The position numbers and the translations under genes were made by a program. From Thermodesulfobacteriota bacterium (lineage in GTDB: Bacteria; Desulfobacterota_D; UBA1144; Nemesobacterales; UBA2774): DNA of 64,000 bases. Every line of letters begins with the position of its first letter. Positions within the stretch are counted from its first letter, which is position 1. This document shows positions 27,700 to 37,267 of the stretch, piece by piece. The stretch is taken from NCBI GenBank assembly GCA_963422265.1, contig OY729416.1, positions 256,001 through 320,000 on the forward strand, given 5' to 3'. The notes beneath the pieces were generated by a model. That model saw only the letters and a list, made by a program, of their open reading frames with translations, searched no databases and was not told where the DNA came from.

Positions 27700-28280
27700 A
27701 GTTATCCTGAGTTTGCTGAAGCGAGCGCAACCGACAAATCCCATCCTTTTCCTCTCTCCCTCTAGGAGAGGGTTGGGGTGAGGGTGCTTTTCCGTCATTC
27801 TCGCCTCCGCCTGTCCCCGCAGTCTTTTGAGCGGGGAACTGGGAATCCAGGAATGGTTCGGCAGGCTCACCAACCAGGGGGACGGGGAACGTGAACTCCT
27901 TCCTCACATAATCCCCCTTTAGAGAAAAGGGGGATACAGGGGGATTTGTTCCTTATCCTTTTAATCATGGCTCATCATTTAATCCCAAGAATCACAGTTC
28001 AGACATCTCTCCCCATCTAGATTCCTGCTTTCGCAGGAATGACAACTGCCACGCATCACTCCATCTTTTCTCCCTCTCCCTCTGGGAAAGAGCAGGGGTG
28101 AGGGTATTTTCGTCATTCCCGCCTCCGAGCGGGAATCCAGGAAGAGGGTTGGGGACATGCGTGGTTACCCTTGCCTTTGTCTTAGGGGGACTACCCTTCA
28201 AAAGGTTCAGGGCGTCGCTAGGGCTGTCCCTACAGGTAAAAAGAAAATCCATACTAACCCTCCTTTAGGAAAGGAGAGAA
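27700..28280. repeat. large mosaic of REP-like palindromic repeats
   Basis: contains CCCTCT..GGAGAGGG..GGGGTGAGGG (x2), GTCATTC..GCGGGAATCCAG (x2), CCCCTTT..AAAGGGGGATACAGGGGGATTT and ATCATT..CACAGTTCAGAC units shared with the 13.0, 15.3 and 16.2 kb clusters. Confidence 0.75.
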
Positions 28281-28373
28281 AAAGCTAAAAAAGGTCGGAG
28301 AGTAGAAGAAGGGGGATCCTACTCCACGTTTCCATAAGTATGTCGGCAAATGACCCTCCAATCTAGCCAATTA

Positions 28374-29804
28374 TTAGCTTTTTATTCCGGGCTCGGTCAT
28401 TGACCATGGGTCAAGGAGTTCATTTAATTTTGAAGCGGGTAGGACGTTTTTCTCAAGAGCGACTTCTCTTACGGTCTTTCCCGTAGCATAGGCTTCCTTG
28501 GCGATCTTCGCCGCGTTGTCGTAACCGATAACTGGGGCGAGGCTCGTGCACATAGCTAGGCTTTTCTCAATCATTTCCTCACAGCGCTTTTTATCCGCTT
28601 TTATCCCTTTTATACATTTGTCCGCGAATACGTCAGAAGCCCTTGCTAGAAGCCCAATTGACTGGAGGAGGTTATGACCTTTGACGGGCATCATTACGTT
28701 CAGCTCAAAGTTTCCGAATTGTCCGCCAATTGTAATAGTAAGATCGTTTCCCATGACTTGCGCCGCCACTTGGCACACAGCTTCTGGAATAACGGGATTT
28801 ACTTTGCCGGGCATAATAGATGATCCGGGCTGAACGGGGGGTATGTGTATTTCTCCTATACCGCAGCGCGGGCCACTGCCGAGCCATCTTATATCGTTAG
28901 CTATTTTCATTAGGCTCACGGCAAGAGTTTTAAGAGCACCGCTCGCTTCAACTACTGCGTCCTTGGATCCTTGCGCTTCAAAGTGATTGTCTGCTTCTCT
29001 GAGTTTAGCCCTTGTCATCTTACTCAATCGTCTGGCTACTAGCTTTGCAAATCTCGGATGGGTGTTTATACCAGTTCCCACTGCGGTTCCGCCGATAGCA
29101 AGCTCGCATAGCTCTTCTTTTACGCGCTGCACCCTTCCTGCTCCGTGATCAATCATGCTTGCGTAACCACCAAATTCCTGACCTAGCCTTATAGGCGTCG
29201 CGTCTTGCAAGTGAGTGCGTCCAATTTTTACTATTTTATCGAACTGGCGCGCTTTTGAGGCAAGGGCTTTTTGCAATTTCTTAAGCGATGGTATTAGGTG
29301 CTTATCTATTGCTAGGATGGCTGATACGTGTATGGCAGTTGGATAAACGTCGTTACTTGATTGTCCCATGTTGACGTGGTCATTCGGGTGCACGCTAGAT
29401 TTATCACCTCTTTTAGCTCCAAGTATTTCGTTAGCCCTGTTTGCAATTACTTCATTCGTATTCATGTTTGTCGACGTGCCTGAGCCCGTCTGAAATACGT
29501 CAAGAACAAAGTGACCGTCAAGGTTTCCATCTACTACCTCCTGAGAGGCTTTTACAATTGCCTTGCCGAGTTTTTCGTTCAGTAGTCCGAGTTCCATATT
29601 AGACTCAGCCGCTGACTGTTTAATCATTCCCAAAGCCTTCACTAAGAGGCTATGCTTACGGATTCCACTTATAGGAAAATTTTCTATCGCCCTGGCCGTT
29701 TGGGCTCCATAGTAAGCGTCAGCAGGGACAGTCATTTCCCCCATTGAATCGCTTTCAACTCTAAAATCTTTGCCGTCCATAATTGTGTTACACCTCGCTT
29801 GCAA
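28374..29804 (-). CDS. fumC: class II fumarate hydratase (start likely ATG 29780)
   Basis: RVESDSMG, FQTGSGTSTNMN, GRTHLQDATP, GSSIMPGKVNP motifs. Confidence 0.95.
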   Translation of the reverse strand: MQARCNTIMDGKDFRVESDSMGEMTVPADAYYGAQTARAIENFPISGIRKHSLLVKALGMIKQSAAESNMELGLLNEKLGKAIVKASQEVVDGNLDGHFVLDVFQTGSGTSTNMNTNEVIANRANEILGAKRGDKSSVHPNDHVNMGQSSNDVYPTAIHVSAILAIDKHLIPSLKKLQKALASKARQFDKIVKIGRTHLQDATPIRLGQEFGGYASMIDHGAGRVQRVKEELCELAIGGTAVGTGINTHPRFAKLVARRLSKMTRAKLREADNHFEAQGSKDAVVEASGALKTLAVSLMKIANDIRWLGSGPRCGIGEIHIPPVQPGSSIMPGKVNPVIPEAVCQVAAQVMGNDLTITIGGQFGNFELNVMMPVKGHNLLQSIGLLARASDVFADKCIKGIKADKKRCEEMIEKSLAMCTSLAPVIGYDNAAKIAKEAYATGKTVREVALEKNVLPASKLNELLDPWSMTEPGIKS

Positions 29805-29927
29805 TTGAATTTAGAAGTTTTAATTATGCCACAGGGAAGATTTTTTTCTATTTTGTGCTAATATATAATAGCTGTCCAAGAGTATTGGTTTCTCCAGACC
29901 TTAAAGTCTTATAAGAGGATCATTTTA

Positions 29928-30152
29928 ATGGTTGTTGGCGCTGCGGCAGGGACCTTCCCGTTCGGGTGGATAAGGGGTTTTAGGGAGGACAATTGGCAAA
30001 TTATCTGGGATCCTAGCAGTAAAGCAGTTTTTGCAAAAGCTGCTGTCTCAAAAGAGGTTGTTCCATTGGGCGAGTGCTCGACTTGGCAAGAGGCAAAGGT
30101 TTTTGCCGATTCTGCCATAGATGATATTAACGTATTAATAAAAGCTATTTAA
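29928..30152 (+). CDS. small hypothetical protein
   Basis: AAGAGGA RBS-like site, ATG start, fills the intergenic gap. Confidence 0.55.
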   Translation: MVVGAAAGTFPFGWIRGFREDNWQIIWDPSSKAVFAKAAVSKEVVPLGECSTWQEAKVFADSAIDDINVLIKAI

Positions 30153-30258
30153 TCTCCTTGTTGTAGCTTTGAAATCTGTCGCGGCTTGCCTTTGAGTCTT
30201 ATGCTTCTCTTTGTAGTTCAATTGTAAAATTTCTATATCAAGTTAGCTTTATCTGCTC

Positions 30259-31191
30259 GTGATGCCTAACCTGAGTCAGGATGTAACTATGAGTTACATG
30301 GAGCAGGAATTAGTATCTATTTCGTTCGGGAAAAGCAAGATAGACGGGCTTTATTATAATAGCACTGTTGGATGTGGTGAAGCGCCCAAGAGTAGAACTA
30401 TCGTAATTCACGTCCATGGATTTTTGGGCAATTTTCTTGACGGTAGCCAACGTTTTCTTCCCCCTATTCTTGCAGGAAGCGGTTACTCTTCACTCGCGGT
30501 TAATACGCGTATGGCCAACTTCGGTCTCTTTTTTGGATACGGCATCTTGAACGATACGATTCCCCAAATGGACCGCGTGATGGAATACGCTTATGAGCTA
30601 GGATACGAGAATATAGTATTATCAGGCTACAGTCTCGGCTCGAGCATCGTCTTGAGGTACGCTTCTTTGAGAAATGATCTGAGAAAAAATTCGCGCTTAA
30701 AAGGGGTGGTAACTTTAGCCTCCCCCTACTCTATGCCTGATTCCATACGCAGAAGATGGGACTATTTTCAGAGTGAGCCTAGCTATGAAGAGGTTTATGA
30801 AGAAGCTAAGGAGATCATAAAACCCGGCAAAGAGGGGACTGGGCAGGATCGGACGGTTCTCATACACAAAGCGCGGGGCAATTCTTATCGCCCTGAGCAT
30901 ACGGAGATATATACGTATAGGACGTGGTGGCACCTTGCTGGTCCAGAGGCAAAGTATGCGATGGGTTATAAGAAGATCGGCAAGATAAATGTTCCTATTC
31001 TTCTGATTCAGGGTTGGCATGACGAAGTAGTTAAACCCGAAGAAGCGCATGGTTTGGCACAGATTGCAATCAAAGCAGGCAACCAAGACGTCTCGGCAAT
31101 TTACGTTAACGCTGGGCACGCCTTTAAGGGAAAAGAGGAAGAGCTTGGGGATATCATTGCAGGGTGGCTCGATAGAAGGTTCAAGGGCTAA
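30259..31191 (+). CDS. alpha/beta hydrolase
   Basis: HVHG oxyanion motif, GYSLG nucleophile, QGWHDEVV, AGH. Confidence 0.85.
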   Translation: MMPNLSQDVTMSYMEQELVSISFGKSKIDGLYYNSTVGCGEAPKSRTIVIHVHGFLGNFLDGSQRFLPPILAGSGYSSLAVNTRMANFGLFFGYGILNDTIPQMDRVMEYAYELGYENIVLSGYSLGSSIVLRYASLRNDLRKNSRLKGVVTLASPYSMPDSIRRRWDYFQSEPSYEEVYEEAKEIIKPGKEGTGQDRTVLIHKARGNSYRPEHTEIYTYRTWWHLAGPEAKYAMGYKKIGKINVPILLIQGWHDEVVKPEEAHGLAQIAIKAGNQDVSAIYVNAGHAFKGKEEELGDIIAGWLDRRFKG

Positions 31192-31199
31192 AGACGTAA

Positions 31200-32090
31200 A
31201 TGGTTTCCAGACAGAGAAGACTTTTAACGTTTCCCGCAGAGGATGGATTCTCTATAAACGGTCTGCTGGTTTGCGGAGAATTTGAGAAGGCAAGAGATTT
31301 ATACGACGCTCCAATAGTGCTTCTTATACATGGAGTGCTTGGGCACTTTCTTGCAAGGGGAACCCCCAGGCTGCTGCCCAACGCGCTTGTAGAGAGGGGT
31401 TTCAACTCGCTATCAATAAATACAAGAATGGCGTTTACGGGTCAGATTTTCGGTGGTGGCATACTAGACGAAGCGGTAATGGACGTAGATGCGGCGGTTA
31501 AAGAGCTGATTAAAGAGGGATTTAATAAAATCATAATTCTGGGTTGGAGCCTGGGTGCCAATCTCTCGATTTATTACTCCGTTGATAGGATTCACCCTAA
31601 CGTCAAGGGCTTTATACTAGAAGGGTGCTCATATTCCCTTCCTGAATCAAATAGGAAGAGACTTGAAAAATGGGACAGCATTCCCTCTTACGATCATGTT
31701 TACGATGTAGCGAAAAAAGTTCTTCATCCCGATCCTCGCGATCCTAAGAATGATAGAATATTCATAGTCTATAGGGCTTGGGGACCTACATTTGAGCCTT
31801 CTGACGCTGAGCTCTTTACTTATAGGACTTGGTGGTTTATGAGGGGTCCCGAAGCTCATAACGCTAAGACGAACGAAATTATTAAAGGGGTGAAAGCACC
31901 TGTTCTCTTTATACACGGCGAGGAAGATTACATTGTTGGTGCTGAAGAGCCTAGGGGACTAATCTCAATCTTAAATGAGTCGGGGAATGATAACGTGGAT
32001 ATTAGATTCATACCAGAGGCAAGACACGACTGTATGGAAAATCCGGACTTTACAGTGGATGTTCTGGTTGATTGGCTTTCCCAGTTTTAA
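31200..32090 (+). CDS. alpha/beta hydrolase, paralog of upstream gene
   Basis: LIHG, GWSLG, HGEEDYIV, ARH; shares NTRMA and TYRTWW motifs with its neighbour. Confidence 0.85.
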   Translation: MVSRQRRLLTFPAEDGFSINGLLVCGEFEKARDLYDAPIVLLIHGVLGHFLARGTPRLLPNALVERGFNSLSINTRMAFTGQIFGGGILDEAVMDVDAAVKELIKEGFNKIIILGWSLGANLSIYYSVDRIHPNVKGFILEGCSYSLPESNRKRLEKWDSIPSYDHVYDVAKKVLHPDPRDPKNDRIFIVYRAWGPTFEPSDAELFTYRTWWFMRGPEAHNAKTNEIIKGVKAPVLFIHGEEDYIVGAEEPRGLISILNESGNDNVDIRFIPEARHDCMENPDFTVDVLVDWLSQF

Positions 32091-32175
32091 CATTATTTTT
32101 GATTTCGCTTGCCAACGCTTCTAAACCCTATTATAAAATTACCTTTGATTAAATACTTGCCCGCCGAGGAATTGA

Positions 32176-33465
32176 ATGCCTGAGCTCAAGATAATTCGTA
32201 ATTATTCTGGAGTAGCCGATTCGCACACTATTGACTCATATATGTCCAGAGGGGGCTATATGGCTCTTCCTAAGGTGCTTAAGAATGACCCCGAAGAGGT
32301 GATTGAAGAAATAAGAAAGTCAGAGCTAAGGGGGCGGGGTGGGGCGGGTTTTCCTACTGGGATGAAGTGGGGATTTATACAGCGAGACTCGAAGAAACCC
32401 ATATACCTTTGCTGCAATGCGGATGAAAGCGAGCCGGGAAGTTTTAAGGATAGAGAGATAATTGAGCAGGATCCACATCAGTTATTAGAGGGAATTATTA
32501 TTGCCTGCTATGCTATAAACTCACGTAAATCTTATATATACATCAGGGGAGAGATGCCTTATGGAGCGTCTATTATTGAGAATGCTATCAGCGAGGCTTA
32601 TAACAAAGGTTATCTAGGCAATAATATACTCAACTCGGGGTTCAACCTGGACGTGTCTTTATTCAGAGGCGCAGGGGCATATATATGCGGAGAAGAGACC
32701 GGTCTTCTAGAATCTATAGAGGGTAAAAACGGAGAACCTAGACCTAAACCCCCATTCCCCGCGCAGATCGGACTTTTCGGATGTCCGACGATTGTTAATA
32801 ACGTGGAAACTCTTGCCTGCGTTCCTCATGTTATGAATAGGGGGGCGGATTGGTTTTTGGGTATAGGCATGCCTAAGAATACCGGGACTAAAATATACGG
32901 CTTGTGCGGGAACGTTCGCAAGCCTGGGCTTTACGAGCTACCTTTAGGAATATCTCTTCGTCGGTTAATTGATGAGTACGGAGAGGGCGTGCCAAACGGC
33001 AGGAAGATCAAAGCGATCTCTCCTGGCGGTTCTTCAGCACCTCTTCTGACTGCCGAGGAGATTGGTATAAGGATGGATTTTGATTCTCTATCAAAAGTAG
33101 GTTCAATGCTCGGAACGGCGGGAGTAACCGTGATGGACGATACTGCCTGCATGGTAAGGGTCGCTCAGAATCTGGCGCACTTTTATAGAGACGAGTCTTG
33201 CGGTCAGTGCGTTCAGTGTAGAGAGGGAACGTGGTGGCTTGAAAAGATGCTTACGATGATTGAGCAGGGAAAGGGTAGGATGGAGTATATAGATACTTTG
33301 CTTGATGCCTGCTCTCAAATGAGGGGAACGACTATATGCGCCCTTGCAGATGGTTGCGCTATGCCAGTTGAGTCTATTGTGAAAAAATTCCGGGGTGAGT
33401 TTGAAGATCACGTAAAGCTTGGCAAATGTCCTTTTGAAAGGGCTTCTATGGGTAGCTGGTCTTGA
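32176..33465 (+). CDS. nuoF: NADH-quinone oxidoreductase subunit F
   Basis: LRGRGGAGFPTG, NADESEPG, GAGAYICGEETGL, ESCGQCVQCREG, TICALA motifs. Confidence 0.95.
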   Translation: MPELKIIRNYSGVADSHTIDSYMSRGGYMALPKVLKNDPEEVIEEIRKSELRGRGGAGFPTGMKWGFIQRDSKKPIYLCCNADESEPGSFKDREIIEQDPHQLLEGIIIACYAINSRKSYIYIRGEMPYGASIIENAISEAYNKGYLGNNILNSGFNLDVSLFRGAGAYICGEETGLLESIEGKNGEPRPKPPFPAQIGLFGCPTIVNNVETLACVPHVMNRGADWFLGIGMPKNTGTKIYGLCGNVRKPGLYELPLGISLRRLIDEYGEGVPNGRKIKAISPGGSSAPLLTAEEIGIRMDFDSLSKVGSMLGTAGVTVMDDTACMVRVAQNLAHFYRDESCGQCVQCREGTWWLEKMLTMIEQGKGRMEYIDTLLDACSQMRGTTICALADGCAMPVESIVKKFRGEFEDHVKLGKCPFERASMGSWS

Positions 33466-33519
33466 GTGAACTATTTGTCAATTTTGAGTTGTTAAATACT
33501 AACAACTGGAAACTATAAG

Positions 33520-33747
33520 CTATTGAGATTTTCCGTTTTTCCCAGAGCTAGCACTTGGGGGTTCGGCATCCTTATCCTGAATAGACGTTTGGTCATCCTG
33601 GGGTTCATCGTCTTTAAGGGATTTTCTAAAGCCTTTTATCCCCTTTCCTAATGACGAACCTATGTCTCCTAGTCTGCTAGGCCCAAAAATCAAAAGTAGG
33701 ATCACCAGTACAATTATAAGTTCCCAAATTCCGAAGCCGCCTATCAT
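33520..33747 (-). CDS. tatA: twin-arginine translocase subunit TatA
   Basis: [37 protein letters not shown]; start taken at ATG 33747. Confidence 0.95.
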   Translation of the reverse strand: MIGGFGIWELIIVLVILLLIFGPSRLGDIGSSLGKGIKGFRKSLKDDEPQDDQTSIQDKDAEPPSASSGKNGKSQ

Positions 33748-33872
33748 TGTGAATACAACCTCATAATGATGTATATTAACGATATGCTTAGTTAAAGTCA
33801 ACTAGCCATATAGGATTCAATTGTGCAAGCTATGATATTACTTGTATAATGTTGTTAGGATGGAAGTGACTT

Positions 33873-34274
33873 ATGAGTCAAGATAGCTCTAATAGATCTG
33901 GGGAACGCGGAGTTGGAAAGCAAAGAGACATTTCGGACGTGGCGAGACAAGCGGGTCTGCTTATTCCCGTGTACGTTACTTCAACGGTGTGGGACAATTG
34001 GGTAACGCCTGACAGAAAGAGTATTGAGGATGGGGAAAATGAGGGAACGAGGGTAAGAAGCGTATTAGATAAACTCCTATACTATATCAGGGTACACCGC
34101 CAAACCAGCAGGTCAAACCTAATTTATTTTCCTGTCCCGCTAACAAAAGACGGGAAGTCAGAGAACGTGCAGTTGTTGTCCCATTTAGGTCCAGTGGATC
34201 AAGGTGATGATAGACCCTGTATCACTATAATGATGCCAGAAGACTATGATTCACTGCCAACGACTGCTCACTGA
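33873..34274 (+). CDS. hypothetical protein, DUF6573-like
   Basis: DISDVARQAG..PVYVTSTVWDNWV and GPVDQGDDRPCITIMMPED motifs. Confidence 0.6.
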   Translation: MSQDSSNRSGERGVGKQRDISDVARQAGLLIPVYVTSTVWDNWVTPDRKSIEDGENEGTRVRSVLDKLLYYIRVHRQTSRSNLIYFPVPLTKDGKSENVQLLSHLGPVDQGDDRPCITIMMPEDYDSLPTTAH

Positions 34275-34347
34275 TTTACAATCCCTTCACACTATTTTTA
34301 CGAACAGGCTTAATTCCTTGCATGGGTTCTTGCTGAATTATTGAGGT

Positions 34348-34560
34348 TCAATTCATAACGGCTGCGGTAGCGAAAATGAGACTTATGAGTATAAACAATG
34401 AGATTATGATAATCATAATAATTGGGAGATCAGAATTGTATCCCTTGTGCGCATTTGGAACGCTTGATTGCGCAAAACTCTGCCTTCTTTCCATTAGCCC
34501 TTTAGGAGCAATAGTGTTTTCTTTTGTTTTTATATCTTTTTTTGTTCCTTCGTTAGGCAT
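34348..34560 (-). CDS. small membrane protein with C-terminal TM helix
   Basis: GAGGA RBS, ATG, hydrophobic C-terminus. Confidence 0.55.
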   Translation of the reverse strand: MPNEGTKKDIKTKENTIAPKGLMERRQSFAQSSVPNAHKGYNSDLPIIMIIIISLFILISLIFATAAVMN

Positions 34561-34604
34561 CTTATCCTCACTTTATCACTTCTCCATTTATGAGCGGATT
34601 CAGT

Positions 34605-35057
34605 TCATGTCAGGGGTCCGAAAGCGTATTCCTGAGCTACCTTGAGCTGATATTCGAGCTCTTTAGTTAGCCTTCTTTGCAAGTCGCTCCATGCGATCAT
34701 ACCGTGGTAATCTCCATTTTTGTCCAGTATGAAAAGGTGTGATATGTTATGCGTGTTCATTAACCCAAGACATTCTACAAAGGTAGAATCAAGTCTAACG
34801 GTGTGCATTGTGGTGGTCATTATATCTTTTACCCTTATCTCGGATGGTTTTCGCCCCAGGGCTACTACCTTGGTTGAGAAATCGGTGTGGCCTATGACAC
34901 CTACCATTTTTCCATTACTGTTTACGCCCGTAGTCCTTATTTTGAAATTCCTTAGCTTGAGTGCTGCTACATCGGCAGTATCTTCAGCATCCACGAAAAA
35001 CAATTTGTCTCTAAGTCCTATTAGATCACGCACTTTCAAGTTTTCTAGCATTGACAC
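34605..35057 (-). CDS. CBS-domain protein
   Basis: paired CBS motifs (VKDIMT, MNTHNISHL); AGGAGG RBS. Confidence 0.85.
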   Translation of the reverse strand: MSMLENLKVRDLIGLRDKLFFVDAEDTADVAALKLRNFKIRTTGVNSNGKMVGVIGHTDFSTKVVALGRKPSEIRVKDIMTTTMHTVRLDSTFVECLGLMNTHNISHLFILDKNGDYHGMIAWSDLQRRLTKELEYQLKVAQEYAFGPLT

Positions 35058-35317
35058 TACCTCCTAATCAGTGGATTTGATATACGAATAATTATATCCA
35101 TTAAACTATATTTATTTATATCTAGCCATACTTAATCACTGATCTCACGAAACATTATAACAAAAAGTCTATAATTTTGCACCCCTTTTTACAGAACTAT
35201 TTCTTGAACTCTCCTAACGCACTGCTTGAGAAACTCAAGGCGATGGCTAGATAAGCTAGTCTGGGTACTAAGCTTCACATTGATTTTAAATTTTTATTAG
35301 GTAACATTCTAATATGG

Positions 35318-35340
35318 AAAGCGGGCGCGTCCCGCTTTTT
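35318..35340 (+). promoter_or_regulatory. rimP-leader-like hairpin with T-run
   Basis: AAAGCGGG-CGCGT-CCCGCTTTTT directly upstream of rimP. Confidence 0.55.
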
Positions 35341-35379
35341 GATTTTGTAGGTCGTGTAAAAATTAGGTCGTGTAAAAAT

Positions 35380-35847
35380 ATGAGTTCTGTTGGAGATATA
35401 ATTTTTGACGTTAAGGAGCTTCTTGAGCCGCTTCTATTGGATAGAAGCCTAGAGCTTTGTGATATTGAGCTTAAAGGGCGAAATAAAAAGAAGCTCTTAA
35501 GAATATTTATAGATAAAGAAGGTGGCGTAACAATTGATGATTGTGCGGCTGTAAGTAGGGATCTTGGCACATTGCTTGATGTGCATGATATAATGCCCGA
35601 TTCTTCATATACTCTTGAGATTTCTTCTCCTGGGGTTACGAGAGCCCTTAAAAAACCTAGTGATTACGTAAGGTTCAGAGGTAAGAAAGTGAAGATAGAA
35701 ACGGACACTCTTATAAAAGATAAAGGCGTGTTTGTTGGTATTCTGGGTGGGTTTAGTGATGACGTTGTGAGTGTCGAGATTGAAGAAGTAACTTATTTAA
35801 TACCCTATGATCAAATACGAAGGGCTAATCTGGAGTTGGATTTTTAG
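35380..35847 (+). CDS. rimP: ribosome maturation factor RimP
   Basis: LRIFIDKEGGVTIDDCAAVSR, YTLEISSPG motifs; start placed at ATG 35380. Confidence 0.95.
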   Translation: MSSVGDIIFDVKELLEPLLLDRSLELCDIELKGRNKKKLLRIFIDKEGGVTIDDCAAVSRDLGTLLDVHDIMPDSSYTLEISSPGVTRALKKPSDYVRFRGKKVKIETDTLIKDKGVFVGILGGFSDDVVSVEIEEVTYLIPYDQIRRANLELDF

Positions 35848-35861
35848 AAGGAGACTGACAA

Positions 35862-37205
35862 ATGGTGCTAAGCACTGAGCTAACGCGTGTTATGGATTCT
35901 TTATGTAGGGATAAAGGCATAGATAGAGAGGAGATCGTTCTTGCGGTTGAGGATGCAGTGCTCTCTGCCGCGCAGAAACTCTTTCGTATGCGGGATAAAG
36001 ATAAGGAGCTTGAAGTGCACTTTAATGGCGAGGAAGGTGACATTGAGCTCTTTGAGTTTAAGGTAGTCGTCAGTGATATAGAGGATCCTGACGTGGAGAT
36101 AAGTATTGATGACGCTACTAGACTCGATCCCGAAGCGGAGATTGGCGATCAGATCGGCGTGAAAATCAATCCTGATTTCACGAGAATTGCGATACAAAAT
36201 GCGAAGCAAAGAATACTTCAGAGTATCAAAGAAATTGAGGGAAGGATTATCTCTGAGGAGTTTAAGAACAGAAAGGGAGAACTTATTAGCGGTATTGTTA
36301 GAAGGATTGAAAGAAGGAATATTATTGTCGATCTGGGAAAGACGGAAGCCATTCTACTCCCTGAGCATCAGGTGCCAAGGGAATATTACAAACCTAAAGA
36401 GCGTCTAAGGGCTCTACTTGTTGACATTAAGGAAACAAAACGAGGTCCCCAGCTAATACTTTCCCGTTCGGATAAGGATTTTGTGAGAAAGCTCTTTGAA
36501 TCTGAAGTTCCTGAGCTCGGAGAGCAGATCCTTCAGATTAAATCAATAGCAAGAGACCCCGGAGGTAGGACTAAAATTGCAGTTGCCTCAATAGATCAAG
36601 ATGTGGATCCTGTGGGTGCTTGCGTAGGTATGCGTGGCGTTAGAGTTCAAAACGTTATACAAGAGTTAAGGGGCGAGAAGATAGATATAATAGCTTGGTC
36701 TCCTGACCCTGCGAAGTTCGCGTGTAACGCCTTATCCCCTGCGCAGGTCAGTAAAGTGATTATAGACGATGGAAATAAATCGCTCGAAGTTATAGTAGAT
36801 GATGACCAGTTGTCATTGGCTATTGGCAGGAGGGGGCATAACGTCCGGCTTGCCTCTCAGTTGGCCGATTGGAAAATTGATATTAAAACTGAATCCCAAA
36901 TTAAACAAGAGCAGCATGATATTGTAGCTTTGTTCATGTCACTGCCCAACGTTAAAGAAGTTACGGCGAACTTGTTGTATGGAGAGGGTTTTCAAAGCTT
37001 AGAGGACGTGGCTTTTTCAGATCCAGAGACACTAATACGCGCCGGGGGTTTAAAAGATCAAGATGGAGCAGAGGAGCTACAGACAGCGGCACGACTGGCA
37101 TTAAAAGATAGATTAGACCAGATATCCGTTGAGGAGACGGAGCAGTTAAGCCTAGGGGACGAATCAGAATCAGAACCTCAGGGAGAGGGACTTTCGGGAC
37201 AGTAA
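35862..37205 (+). CDS. nusA: transcription termination/antitermination factor NusA
   Basis: S1 and KH domains, ARDPGGRTKIAV, DPVGACVGMRG, LAIGRRGHNVRLA. Confidence 0.98.
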   Translation: MVLSTELTRVMDSLCRDKGIDREEIVLAVEDAVLSAAQKLFRMRDKDKELEVHFNGEEGDIELFEFKVVVSDIEDPDVEISIDDATRLDPEAEIGDQIGVKINPDFTRIAIQNAKQRILQSIKEIEGRIISEEFKNRKGELISGIVRRIERRNIIVDLGKTEAILLPEHQVPREYYKPKERLRALLVDIKETKRGPQLILSRSDKDFVRKLFESEVPELGEQILQIKSIARDPGGRTKIAVASIDQDVDPVGACVGMRGVRVQNVIQELRGEKIDIIAWSPDPAKFACNALSPAQVSKVIIDDGNKSLEVIVDDDQLSLAIGRRGHNVRLASQLADWKIDIKTESQIKQEQHDIVALFMSLPNVKEVTANLLYGEGFQSLEDVAFSDPETLIRAGGLKDQDGAEELQTAARLALKDRLDQISVEETEQLSLGDESESEPQGEGLSGQ

Positions 37206-37267
37206 TATGACGTTGTAGTATGTTTATGGTAACATCCTTCCACAGAGTAAGTTGAGAAATAGTTAAA

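Noticed and set aside
27605-28252. ORFs 27605-27907 and 27992-28252
   Set aside because: Translations of palindromic repeat clusters (PSPQPSP, LTPALSQRERE)
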